From the NCBI GenBank assembly GCA_051942205.1, contig JAVECO010000002.1, positions 248,001-312,000 of the forward strand: a stretch of 64,000 nucleotides of DNA. The letters are read 5' to 3'. A model generated the notes under the pieces. The model searched no databases. It saw only the letters and a program-made list of their open reading frames with translations, and was not told the DNA's origin. Position numbers and translations under genes: made by a program. Origin of the DNA: Coniocarpon cinnabarinum. Taxonomy: Eukaryota. Of the stretch, positions 1-12,456 are shown one piece after another (positions within the stretch are counted from its first letter, which is position 1; each line of letters begins with the position of its first letter).

Positions 1-969
1 CTTTGGGCTCATCTCCGTTGGTGTTCCCAGTGTAGGTCACGCAAATGTCATCGACGCCCGACACTTTGATGTTGGTCAAGGTAGCTGTATCATCGTAGTT
101 CTATATTCTCAGGGTTAGGCGATCACATTCTCGAGAGTACGCTGGGCCGCGGTGGCGTCTGAAAGACTTACCGAGTTGATGCCAGCAAGCTCGGATCCGC
201 TTTTTGCAGTGATATTGTCGAGGATAACATGGCGAGTCGGCATGCTCTTACAATTGCCGCAGGATCGGTAGAGCTTGCCGAAGTCGCTAACGGTGAAGCC
301 AGACACAGACAGGGTACCGCCGCCGTTGTGCTGCAAGACTTTGTCTTCAGCGCCGAAAGCACCACCGCCTGTGATCTTAGTCGTCTCCCCATCAGCCTGC
401 TCCTTGATGGTGAAGGCATCCTCGCAGACAGCGGACCACCAGACGTTGTTCAGCGTGCAATCACCCTCGCAATGAACACCTTCGATCTGGTTGGGTCCAA
501 TGATGACGTTGGAGAGGGTGCCACCGTTCTCAATCATGAAGACGGCATCGCTGTCGCCGCCCTCGGCTTGTCCAGTGCAGCTCACGCCCCGGTCAAACAT
601 CTTCATGCCGCCATCGAACGAATCTCCAGAAGCGACAGTCTGCACAGCCTTGAGGACAGAGGTGCCGGACGATGCCGGGAGACCGCCTCCAGAGGCAGCA
701 CTGCTGTCAGGGGCAGCAGTCGTGCTAGGTGAGGACGATGAATCATCTGACGAATCAGCAGTGGCTGTTGCCGATGCTTTGGAGGTCTTTGTTGACGATT
801 TGGCCTTTTTGGTCGATTTTGCACGGCGCAAGATGGGCACGGGGTTTAATAGCTCGTCATAGCTCTCAGCAGCGCGGATGATCTTCACGCTAGATTCCTC
901 AACAGGCGTTGCGAGGGCACATGACGCCGTCAGGCCTATGAGGCAGGCAATGGAAGTGGATAACTTCAT
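1..969 (-). CDS. Secreted pectate lyase, polysaccharide lyase family 3 (3' end runs off window)
   Basis: Signal peptide [20 protein letters not shown] and Ser/Thr-rich linker, then PL3 motifs [50 protein letters not shown]. Intron 101..171 (GTAAGT...CTAAC...TAG) joins in frame to [25 protein letters not shown]. Confidence 0.95.
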
Positions 970-2342
970 ACTGTATGTGATGAGACGATTTGTTGATGAA
1001 TGAAGTAGGTATCAAAAGAGTGAATGGACCAGCCAAAGATTGAGAGAAAGCACAGAATTCCAAAGTCTGCCAAACGAGAGTAATGGGTCGGTTGCAGTAT
1101 CGTTGTGCTCACGATGTTCACGTCTTCATATAAGACCTTGGGGCGCCTCATGCCAAGTCGCCAAGACCAATGATGAGACATACCTCCTTCGCGCATCCAT
1201 GTCAGTATTCTCCTCGCCGCAATCTCAACGATTCGCAGTCTCTCCCCCTCGAGTTTTGCATTAGCTCAGTCAGCACGGTTTTGCAAAGCTTTGCAGAATG
1301 CTCCTGCCGGATAGGTAATGTTGACCGTGTGGTACATGAGTTCCAAAGGTTTAAGCGCCGGAACGGAGATTGAAGGGTGCGAGGGTGTGTTCCGCAATTG
1401 TCGTCCTCAACTTACTTCTCGAACATGCTTCGGCTTTACCTACCTTGGCGTCGTGGAGAATACGTTCTCCACTGCTCGGTTTGTGGAGTGTCTTACACGT
1501 GCCTTACTATTCGTCGGATTTCAAGGAGGAACCCATGCCAGCCCTCAAACATTAGCAGGGCGTGTCATCTGTTCACGCAAGACTAGAGCTTGAGAGCCGC
1601 AGCGGATAGAGCCGCTGAATAAGTTTAACAGTATCCCTGCATTCCTGCACGAGGCGCGGTCATTCTCCGGCACCCACGTGTCCTTGCTTAAGCGCTGTCA
1701 GTCTGCGTCGCTCTGGGTATAGATGACTTGGGCGTTGAAATTCATGACAAATTTGCGCCCCGTACCATTGAGCTCAAACTGATTAGTTATATTACTCAAA
1801 GTGCGCAAAATCCCAGGCTTGACTAAGAGGATGCAAGGCTACTCAATAGTACTCGAACAATTGAGCGCCAGGAGAGTCGTTGAATTTTTACCACCAAAGT
1901 CTTTGGGTGACTAGGTATCGGGTAGCTGAAACGGGAGGCTTTGTAGTCTAGCCACTGAACCACGACACGCGTTACCATCTTCGATTGTCACAGTGTTCGA
2001 CCGTGCAAGCATGGTCATCGCTATGTGCGCTCACGTACAAAGTACGCACGCAGGTGCGTGCCCTTTCAGGTCCTCATTCTTAACCATATCGATCGTCGTA
2101 CATCTGCCGTCGTGTGATGATTGTGGGTAAGATCAGTGATAATTAGGAGAATCCTCAGGTACCGCAATCTTGAAGCACCTGCCTATACGGATGCTTGCCA
2201 AGCCATCCATATTCACCTTCCCAGTATTACTCATGTCGAGTCGCCTTCCTCTGACCATGAGATGCGCCAGCCCTTTCTGCGTCATCTTCGATGCAAGCCG
2301 GTGATACTCCCGCACCAAGCAGGTGGCTTGGATTGTCGAGCT

Positions 2343-4909
2343 ATGGCATCCACGACGGGACGCAAACAGCCTTCATGGACGCATCCGTCACCTCGTAGGC
2401 GAGAACAAGAACCCAAAGTAGGCCGCTCGTCCGATGTCGCCCAAGGAAGAACTCTACTCTGATCCATTGATCGCAGTTGCGCATCTACAATTCCCTCACT
2501 CAGAGCAAGAACCCTTTCGTGCCCATTGATACCCATGGCTCCAAAATCACGTGGTACGCCTGCGGTCCGACCGTGTACGACGACTCGCATATCGGACACG
2601 CTCGGAACTATGTCTCGACGGACATCATTCGTCGAATTCTCACAGACTACTTTCATTATCATGTACGATTTGTCATGAACATCACAGACGTTGATGATAA
2701 GATTATTGTCAAGGCAAGGGAAGAAAAGCTCTTCTCCGACTTTCGAAGCTCGGCTACTCCTCAAAAAGCTCGTGCTACAGTCCAGGAAGCCTTCTTTGAA
2801 TTCTTGAAAAAGAAGTTTCCCAATTACGTCTACGACGAGAGATCATTTGCTGATGATTTACAACGTTATTATGAAAACCATGTAGCCGCACTGGAAGCAT
2901 CAGGAAAGCCTTTAACGGACAATGAGGCTAAAATGAAGCGTGATGTCCGGATTTTGACGAAAGCTTATCTAGCTTTGAGGGCTGATACATCTTCTGGAGA
3001 AGTCCATCAAGGCTTCTGGACTCAGACACAAGACATTGTGAAGCCGTTTCTTGACAAATCTCTTGGTTCTACTTTCAATCAGGATGACCACGCCCCATTC
3101 AATGCCATCTCCCGCAAGTATGAGGCGCGCTTCTTTGAGGACATGGATCAACTCAACGTAAGACGGCCCGACCTACTCACACGAGTCACCGAATATGGGG
3201 AGCCCATTGTGCAGTTCATCCAGCGCGTTGTTGACAACGGCTTTGCGTACGAAATAGACGGGTCAGTGTATTTCAGCATAGACAAGTTTGAGCGGGCTGG
3301 CTGCCCCTATGCGCGACTGCAGCCTTGGAATCGAGGCGATGCGGAGCTTCAAGCGGATGGTGAGGGAGCCCTGAGCAAAGGTACAGGCAAGAGGTCCGAC
3401 GCCGATTTCGCGCTATGGAAAGCTTCAAAGCCTGGAGAACCTGCGTGGCCAAGCCCATGGGGCAAAGGGCGGCCTGGATGGCACATTGAATGCTCGGCGA
3501 TGGCGTCAAGGGAGTTGGGGCAGGCTATCGATATTCACTCCGGCGGTATTGACCTTGCATTCCCCCATCATGACAACGAGCTTGCACAGAGTGAGGCCTA
3601 CTGGCACATGCATCCAGAAAAGAAATCAGAGTGCGGCGACCAGTGGATCAATTACTTCATGCACATGGGACATTTACACATCGGTGGGCATAAAATGTCA
3701 AAATCTTTGAAGAATTTCACCACCATACGGGAAGATTTGAAAACAAGATCTCCCCGCGCAATGCGTTTGACATTCCTCATGGGTAATTGGAGTAGCCCTA
3801 TGGAGATCACTGAGGGCATGCTCAAGGAAGTGTCTAGTTGGGAGAAAACAATTACAAATTTCTTTCTCAAAGCTAAAGACGTGGAACGAAGAATCGCGAT
3901 GTCTGACGGTACCGCGGCCATTGCTAGCGCCAATGAAAGCTCTGAAGGCTCTGTGAGATTGATGTCTGCCCTTGCCAAGGCTAAGAAGGACACGGATGAA
4001 GCCCTTGCGGATTCATTCGATACGCCTCGAGTCATGCGAGCGATCATCGAGCTTATCACGCAGTACAACAGCGCAGAGAAATCCTCTCTGTCCACGACCA
4101 GCACCCTCGAGGTGGCCCAGTGGGTGACTCACATGATCAACATCTTCGGTCTTAACGCAACGGGCGGCGGCGCACCTGACACCACCGTCAAAACAATCGG
4201 ATGGGCTGGGCTCGACATTCCCTCGGCGATGTCATCGAATGTCTATGCCATTGCAGACTTTCGAGATGAGCTGAGAGTAAGGGCCAATCGTGCAATGAAG
4301 GATCGAAAAACGGGGGCGACGCTCAGCAACGGTTCTGCCAATCAAATGTCAGCGGAGGCGGTCCGGCAACTTGCCGATCGCATGCGTCAGACTGCATCTC
4401 AATCGGATGCGTCAAGTAAGGTTATTGTTGAGAGGACCGAAAGCGTGGCGAAAGCTCTATCTGTCGCCAATGCCGACGTCGTGGAATATCTCAAACTGTG
4501 TGACAAAATCAGAGATGAGTGGCTCTGGGATTTAGGAGTATATCTAGAGGATTCCAACGAGGAGGGCCAGCCCGCCATCGTCCGCCCACTAGACCGGGAG
4601 TTGGTCGACGCGCGCCAGCAAGCCGATCAGCGAAAACAGGAAAAGCTCGAGCAGGACCAGAAGAAACAGGTCGAGAAAGCTCGCAAAGAAGCCGAAATGG
4701 AAGCTAAGGCGAAGATAGACCCAACTCAGATGTTCAGGAGCGAGGAGCGGAAAGGTGAATTCAGCGCTTGGGATGAACAGGGGATCCCTGCCAAGCTTGC
4801 GGATGGCAGTGATTTGCCTAAGAACAAAGCGAAAGGGCTCAAGAAGGAGTGGGAACAGCAGAAGAAGCGATATGATCAGTGGCGAGAAAAGCAAAAAGGC
4901 GGGGCGTAG
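2343..4909 (+). CDS. CRS1: Cysteinyl-tRNA synthetase
   Basis: WYACGPTVYD, HIGH, DFALWK, GRPGWHIECS, DIHSGGIDLAFPHH and KMSKS motifs. Exon 1 2343..2417 (MASTTGRKQPSW...EPK) and phase-0 intron 2418..2476. A further in-frame ATG lies at 2262. Confidence 0.97.
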
Positions 4910-5343
4910 AAATCCCTGTGGCTTGTGGCTGCGTGTAAGATAGGCATCTTGCGAGCGTCGATGGAAATATTTGGTTGCTTGAGCGCGACGTGGATTGCAC
5001 CCGGTCGGTGACCTAGGGCTAGGTCTTTTGTCCGTCTCTTCACACACCATTGAGCTCCCAGGCTCATGGTCTTTGTTCTCAGCATCGGCAGAATGGCATT
5101 CCCGGCCCCACTCAACCTATCTTCTTCATCTGTCGAGCAATGCAGTTTGTTACCACTCGCCTCAATCTGTGTTCAATCTCCAGACTAGAGATACGCCTTG
5201 ACTGTCCTGCACGTAAGCCCCTAATTTCCAGGAATGGCATCCATAGGCAGCATGGCAGTAGGCTCGGGTAGAGATGTGTACCCTTTCTCGCGTCTCACAG
5301 AGAGCTCAATGACCAGTATGCAAACAGTAGCGGGCACAGTCTG

Positions 5344-6108
5344 CTATAACACTAATACCAGTACCAGCAGAATAATCAACACCACTATCAAAACAGCCAC
5401 ACAACAACCCCCACACAATCTCTCTTCATTCCGTCGATATATCCATTCCACTCGCTTAATACCCTGTCCCAGTTTCCCACCAACTCGATCCGCCGTTACA
5501 TCCACTTCATCGATCATGCCCGCCTGTTCCTCAAGCTCCCTTCCCATCTCATCAGCTTGCGCCCTCAAATTGCCAACCGTGCTGAAGACGCCCTCGAGTG
5601 CCTGATCTTGCTCTGCCATGATCTGGTCTTGTGTCTGTTGTTCGTACGCAGCGTACGCATCGTCATGTTCATCGTCAAAAGCATCCGGATCCGGCAATTG
5701 CGAAGGATGACTCCGGTTCTGCGTCGGACTCGGGGGATACGCGGGAAACGGCGTCGTCGGACTTTCCGGCATTGCTCCACCACTCAGAAAGCTCGCGGCT
5801 CTTTGCTTCAACTGCGCTATCTCTCCCGCTACCTTCCCAACGGCATCACGACGTCCGCGTACTTCTTGTTGTGTCAGGGCGAAACGCTGGGGGTTGCGCT
5901 CGGCGGCGCTGACCGAGTCACGGAGGTCACTGAGATCAGCATCGAGGTCTTCGAGGGCGCTGGACAGGTCTGATTGTGCGGATTGGGCTTCTGGAGAGGT
6001 GGCGCTGGAGGTTGAGAGGATGCGGTGGAGGGATTGGAGGAGGGAGGGGATGTCTGCGAGGTTTTGTTGGAGGTTGTGGAGGGCGGTAGGGAAAGGATCT
6101 TGCGACAT
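5344..6108 (-). CDS. TLG1: t-SNARE Tlg1 / syntaxin-6 family
   Basis: N-terminal QDPF and 'LEDLDADLSDLRDSV..AERNP.RF.L..QEV..RR' syntaxin-6 N domain, Qc-SNARE helix (EQDQALEGVFSTVGNLRAQADEMGRELEEQ), and C-terminal CC plus TM anchor. Confidence 0.92.
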   Translation of the reverse strand: MSQDPFPTALHNLQQNLADIPSLLQSLHRILSTSSATSPEAQSAQSDLSSALEDLDADLSDLRDSVSAAERNPQRFALTQQEVRGRRDAVGKVAGEIAQLKQRAASFLSGGAMPESPTTPFPAYPPSPTQNRSHPSQLPDPDAFDDEHDDAYAAYEQQTQDQIMAEQDQALEGVFSTVGNLRAQADEMGRELEEQAGMIDEVDVTADRVGGKLGQGIKRVEWIYRRNEERLCGGCCVAVLIVVLIILLVLVLVL

Positions 6109-8313
6109 TGTATGAAGTAGGCGTGGTTGAGATGCCAAATGAAAGACAGTGAGTGCGGCGTGATGTGGCTGCTTCGTTGAAATCGACGATGCTCTCGCGG
6201 GTATCTAAGCTTTTTGTGCTTGTGACGTGTTGAGATATGTTTTGAGCAATTAGTCGTATGTCGAGCGTTGCGCATTCGAGAGTTCGGAAGAGGTGGACCC
6301 AGAAGCAATGTGCGGAAAGCTCGATAGTGTAATGATCGAGCGTCAGGCATGCGAAACTTGGGATAATGGATGTTACCGAGCTGTGGTCGGCTTGGAGTAG
6401 CAAATGATATTCATCCCCGTCCTACTCATCTAGGATCGTCGATAGCCTGCGAACTTGATGCAGAAAAGTGGTCTAGTCGCTCTCGAATTACGCGTAACAG
6501 TGTGCTGTGATTAGTGAGCCCAGTGAATGCGTGTGACAGGAGGGCATATGAAAGAGGCTGTCTGGAGATGTGGTCGCAGGGTCGTCAGAGCCTCTAATCG
6601 CAGAATTCCCTGAATGAGACGAAAGACTTCACAGGACGAGTTGAATGCTGCACAACGAATGTAAGACTTTCTGCTATGCTGTTGTGGGAGAACGTAGTCC
6701 ATGATTTTGAGGCGAGGACTCCGACGTCAGACAAGAATGCGAATGCGAAATATTTCGGCCTGAGGAAACGGGTCCACATTTTAAGATAGACCCACGTGAC
6801 ACTTTGGCATGTGCCGCCTACTAGAAGACGAAGCCATTGCTTCTCTGCACTTCGCATACTAATTCGCGGGTGAACCCCATACTGTAGCCCGCCTGCCTAG
6901 GTCTCTGTTCAGCCCTTCTGAAAGGGAAAACCTGCGTTGAGCTCTAGCTCGAGATTCAGGACCTGCATTTCACAGAAGTAGCATGGTCAGGCCTGCTTCG
7001 AAGCCTCGAAAACCTACGTTCAGCTGTCGTGACTGTATCCTGCTCGGCTCTGTGTATGTATGCTGCCTGTCAAAGGCATGTCTCACGGGACACCGCCATG
7101 GAGGACTCATACAAGAACAGGTGTCTTTTGTTCGTTTGATCCTCGAATCCCAGATCCTCAAGATGTCGCACCAGACGACACGCGTAATGTTGTCCTGTTT
7201 GTCAGCACGGGTGAAATGCGTGAGACCATGGGGAGTCGATCCCTTGACCCTCCTCAAACCCAAGGAGGGCCCCAGTGCTAATGCGCTTACGCTGAAAGTG
7301 ACCGAAGCAACGAGCTCCGGCCCCGTTCGGCAAGTCCTGATACCGAATGCGGTATTACTGTGCCGCTCAACTGCTGCTCGCCTAACTCTTTTAGGTTTGT
7401 AAGATCCCCACTGGTGGACAGCAAGGCCACGCGACGTGCGCTGCCTCGCCCCAATCTGACCTTATGCGTCTCAGTATGCGCACTCGGATTATTCCTGCTT
7501 GGCCAGATGTTCAGGTGACGTTCGTTGTACGCCCTTGAGTTGACACTGCGAGCGTGAACATGGATTTGCAAGATGACGATCATTAACGCTGTTCTGAAGG
7601 ACACTGTGGGCCCGTCTGGCCTGTCATCCATCTCGATGTCGCTTGCTCCAAGTCTGACGTGGAGATATTGAGAACCCTGGTATCTGTGTCCAGCTCGCAT
7701 GATCCATGCCAAAGCCAAAGTCCAAGAGTCCGCGACCTCGACCGAAACCGGTTCAGAAGGGATCGCATGAGCGTATGGCTTGATGCACGCCCTGCAATGT
7801 ACGTCACGCTCCCGTAAAAATGGCAATGCTGATCACTCCATTCATGACAAGTGTGGACCCATTTCATGGCATCGCGAGTCGTGTACTGCCATGTGTCGCT
7901 CACTTGCCGCTCACTGTACTCGGGCCCTCGTCTGAGATTTGCAAATTGGCCTGAGCTCTTCCATGATGCTGTTCCGTCACTCACAAGAAAGAGGTGAATC
8001 CTTACGTGGCCTTACTCTCATCAGCACCTGGGTCGTGTCATGCTGTCTTAATTTTGCCAGAGATAGCCCTCATTTCCAGCCTATGATCAAAATTATTTAA
8101 GAAAGAAGACCATGCTCGTCATGTCGTTAGGCTCTTCTATTTCTTTCCAAAAGCTACAAGTAAAAAGCTGCTTCGGTGCTCCTTGTCGAAGTCGTGTGTC
8201 ATACACATTGCTTCCTCCTGGCCATCGCTATCTCACATATCCATTGACAAACACCTCTCCAATCGAAGCAAGCAGCTCTCCCTACCGCGTTGCCTCGTAG
8301 CTAGACAGTACCC

Positions 8314-9248
8314 ATGTCTCATCACGGCGAGAACGATGACTACAACGGCGTTTCGAGCCGGATACGCAACATTGTCCATCCTACACTGCCTCATGTGCCC
8401 GGAGTAGAGTACCTCACTGGAGAGCACAAAACGCTCAAAGACATGGAGACGAACTTCGTTAGTGAAACCAAGTACTGGCATGAAGACCCCGCCAGCAAGG
8501 CCGTGCGTGATGCCATGCAGAAATACCCCAAGGCGTTGGAAGAGACGCATCAGATTGTGGAAATGGGTCTTGGCTCCTTGGAAGGAGCCTCAAAGCCGCC
8601 GCCGCCTGTCCCAGGCATGGAGAATGAGCCTGAGGACCCGGATGTTGCAGCTCAGCACAAATACATAAGTAACATTCAGTTTGCCTTCATCACTGATCAG
8701 GGCGAGACAGTGCACAACCACACAAAGAAGACGGTCGCCATATACATCCAAGAACAGGACTTCACGAAGCTTGATATTGATTTTGCAAGGAAGAAAAACA
8801 TCACAGCGGACAAGAAGGGACTAGAGAAGCATATCGGCAGAAATACATATCTGATCTTCCATCGACTGCCAACAGGGAGCCTATCCGAAGGAATTTGCCG
8901 AAAGTCGTTGCACCTTCTTGGCCATTGATAGACTGAAAAGCAGGTGAGTGGACAACGAATCACTGGCAAGCTATCATGGCAATTGCGTTGCATAGCGGCT
9001 GGTTCGAGCATATTTGAAATGACATGAAGTGGTTTGCCTATTGCGCTGCTGCTGACACATAAGCTGATACGGTTAATCACAGGCAGGACCAAGAACCCGA
9101 ATCAAAGGTCTACGACCGTGTCATGAAGAACTACAAAAAGATCGTAGAGATTGGCCAAATGCCTACGGATATACAGAAGATGTTCAAAGATCGTGTATTC
9201 AACTCCATGTCGGGAACGGAGATCTTTGTGCACAATGACTTTACTTGA
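8314..9248 (+). pseudogene. SRR1-like domain protein with an apparent +1 frameshift (pseudogene or sequence error)
   Basis: IVEMGLGSL...QH...IYIQEQDFTKLD resembles the fungal SRR1 pattern (GLGS...QH...QDP.FT..D). The ORF stops at 8928, but the +1 frame from about 8876 runs to a GTGAGT donor (8944) and splices in frame at ACAG (9082) to a last exon ending TGA 9248. Confidence 0.55.
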
Positions 9249-9373
9249 GGTGGACACGGAATTGCTGAAAAGGGTAGCGGACGCGATCACAGCAGCTGGC
9301 GGAGCTGCTTGGTGCAGCTGCTGAGCGGCCCAGCTTTGCATTAGTTCTGTCCTTAGTATATACAGATGTGTCC

Positions 9374-11431
9374 TCATTCTATCCTCGTCAAGACCTTCTG
9401 CAGAGCCAGTGGCTCAACACTCACTGCTCGCCCCTCCTGATCCAACGTGAACACGAAATCATCGGCACTCTTACCATTCCACGCCACCTCATCGATCGTC
9501 TGCCATGAGTAACATTGCGGACTCGCAATGCCCTCCACATTCACCTCTCCGCTTTCCAGTTGCGGCACCAGCCTGAAGCTCACACGATTACCGCTCCGCA
9601 GATTAGACGGTTGCAAAGGCAATGCCACAGCAGCTGACTGCGCAAGTAAACTTGTATCGTCGAACCCGTTGCTCGACAACGCCGTAATGTTCAGACCGGG
9701 AATGGTGGACCCGACCGCGATCGACATATTCGTGTTGGACGTCGCGTCCTCATACGACCCCGCAAAGTTTCCGAGTGCCTGGATCCTTGCCGCATTTTCA
9801 AGTGCAGGCAACAGCGTCTCCACAATCTGATTCGATACAGCTGTTACAGCATCATGTCCTTGCGTGCCTAACTCCGCAGCATCATCTGTACTCGTTGTTG
9901 CCGCTACGAAGGTTCCCACATTATAGTCCGGCATCAGCAGAAACAGTGAGTTAAAACCACTGATATCACCGGACTTTCCATAGATGTCGATGGTGCGGCC
10001 ATTGACCGTCGTGCGGCGGATCTCCCATGGCGCACCAACAGAATAATAGGGATTTGAGGTGTGCGTGTGGGTTTCGAGCCAGCGTCGGGTCAGTGCTGGA
10101 GGAAGTATGGTGGAGTTGAGGATGGAACGACCTATGACGGCCATGTCGTGCAGTGAGGAGAACATGAGGCCGTAAGGGGCGGCGATATTGAGCTGGCCCA
10201 CGGCAGGAAAGTCAGGTGATCCGGCGATTGTAGAGGGCACGATTGTCTTGTTTAACGCGGGTCTATCAATATTGGTTAGCTTTCAATTACGGTCAAACAT
10301 TTCTGACGAGGAGGATGCGCCTGTTTCCCGAACGTGTAATCATATATGCTAAGGGTTGTAGACAAAAGTTGGTGCCGGGCCCCTGAGCATTGCAAGGCAC
10401 AAGCCAAAAGCAAAGAGCCTCTGGCGTCAATATATCTTGTGGCTTAGAGTTACAGGCACAACGGCAAGGCAGCTCTGATCCTCCGAAGGCTTCACTGTGC
10501 TGCGGCAAGCACTTTCTTCCAAGCGTCTTGTGGATTGGTAAAACGGCAAATCACTTTCTTGCTTACCTTCGAAAGCTGGTATTCTCCAACGCAAGGGGTG
10601 TCAAAGAAGAATTTTGGAACGTAGTGTAGAATGGCTCTCCAGTGATGTTCTCAGCGACAAAGGCTAGAATCGCGTAAGCAGTGTTGGAGTAGATTGGCGT
10701 AGTGCTCGACGCAAAGATAGGTGGGTGCTGCAGCAATGTCTCGAAAAACTCTGAGCATGCATCAGCATCACCATCTGGAGCAATGCAGGCTATTAAACAA
10801 TAGAGTACTGACGATCGCGTGTGCAATTCAATTCGCCGTTGCATGCTTGCGTTTTAGGAGGTGGAAAGCCGGGAACAGGATCTTGTGCTTGTTGAACGGC
10901 AACGTCTCGTCTGAAACCAGCAAGTTGGCTGGCGAGGTCGCCCACAGCGATTTCGTCCCATCTCGCGTATTGGATAGGGTCTGTTTGTGAGGCATTGGTG
11001 ACAGTCGCTTCGAGCTCCGGAACGAATCTCGATACTGGTTCATTCCAGCAGCCGTCACCAATGGCACTCAAGAATGTATACACGGTTAGAAGCTTGCTAA
11101 CACTTCCAATTGCGTACACAGTATCAGCGTTGACGGTAGATTGCGCAGCAGGAGCCCACGAGCCGTTGGGTGCATTCCACTCAAAATCAAAAATTAAGTC
11201 TTCCTCATCAAGTGAGAATACACCTGCGGAGAAAGAGACAGAGATGTTCGTGTACACTTCAGTCCACCTTGAATTGCCAGTGGTGGTGATCTGCTGAATC
11301 TTCCGAGTGAGGTTTGCTTTTGCAGCTTGAAAGGATGGGTCGACTGATAGCTGCGTCGGTTGAGGATACACTGGGCCCAGAAGCGGACATGAGTGGAAAG
11401 CAGACGCGACTGATGAGAATGAAAGGACCAT
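9374..11431 (-). CDS. Beta-lactamase/serine hydrolase family protein (alkaline D-peptidase-like), probably secreted
   Basis: CPLLGP start, SxxK (GSVSKLLT), YxN (PIYSN), VGAPWEI and KSG (GKSGD) motifs. Introns 10751..10812 and 10263..10566 both restore frame. Start codon uncertain. Confidence 0.9.
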
Positions 11432-12217
11432 AAAAGGAATAGTAGGGGCCGTGTCAATCCGCTTCTCAGAACAAGTAAAACAAAGGGAACGAACTGATGC
11501 CAGACAATAAACGGCGTTCTGGCTCAATTTTCGTCTCCTTGCTGCTTCTGTAAAATATGAAGAAGAATGGGAGAAGGCAAGAAAGAAATCAGCCTAAGTC
11601 GAAGTACCGACAAATGCTTATATTCAACTAAGGCACCGGAGAGCCTGCCCGTGAAATGGACGCCATTGAGGTCGACCAATTCTCGGGAAATTGACATGAA
11701 AGATGTACGAGGGTTTCTGTGGTGCAATGCTGTTGTCGCTCGCGCGAAGCAATCACTTCAGAGGTCAAAAGAGCGGCTCAGTGGATCGTTAATATCCACA
11801 GATATTGCCGGCATAAGTACAGCTGACTTAACGAGACGCTGACAGCGCGGCTGCACCGCCAAGCGACTTGACGTGACTGGCCAATTCTATCACTGCTCCT
11901 TTAGAGAAGCCGCTTTTGTGCTGAAAATACCGACCTGAATTGGGCCAGACTCGTGTTGCACTATCGTGCGTCTTTGCAGTAACCAGCCGTGTTCCCTTTA
12001 CGAAACCTCCAAACATTACTGAATCGAGACTGGGCCAGGTTGCCCGTAGCAATTGAAGCCTCGCCCAACACAAAGACTCAAAGCCCATATGACTTGTATG
12101 CTGAGATGTAGTCATGCGCTATACGAGACGTGGGTTGTGGTTGATAGTCTTGTCGAGAGGGACTCCACAAATTCTTGCCCCCTGATAATTAAGGCAAAAG
12201 CTGTCTGGCCGTAGCGT

Positions 12218-12225
12218 TCACGTGA
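12218..12225. promoter_or_regulatory. TCACGTGA E-box (Cbf1/bHLH-type site) upstream of TAF6
   Basis: Perfect palindrome about 235 bp upstream of the TAF6 ATG. Function is inferred only. Confidence 0.3.
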
Positions 12226-12456
12226 TCCTGACCCGCTCGCTTTCAACAGCCATGTACCTAGTCTGAAACGTGCGCTTCACAGATCATCGCTTGCGAAATA
12301 ATCCAACTTTCGTAGACTTGTGCAGCGACGATGTTGGTGCTACACGTCGACGTAGTCAGTGCCCGCTGGTAACCCGTCCGAAATTTCGCTACCGCGCTTT
12401 CGTCCCAAATGGCTAAATAGCTCGCCCATTGAAAGACACCCATCTTCACGTTCAAG

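Noticed and set aside
6400..8100. Gene-poor 2-kb gaps (also 19950-21800) considered as a telomerase RNA locus
   Set aside because: No TAACCCTAA-type template found on either strand in these gaps.
10263..10566. Possible intronic snoRNA in the long intron
   Set aside because: No box C (RTGATGA)/box D pair found on the sense strand.
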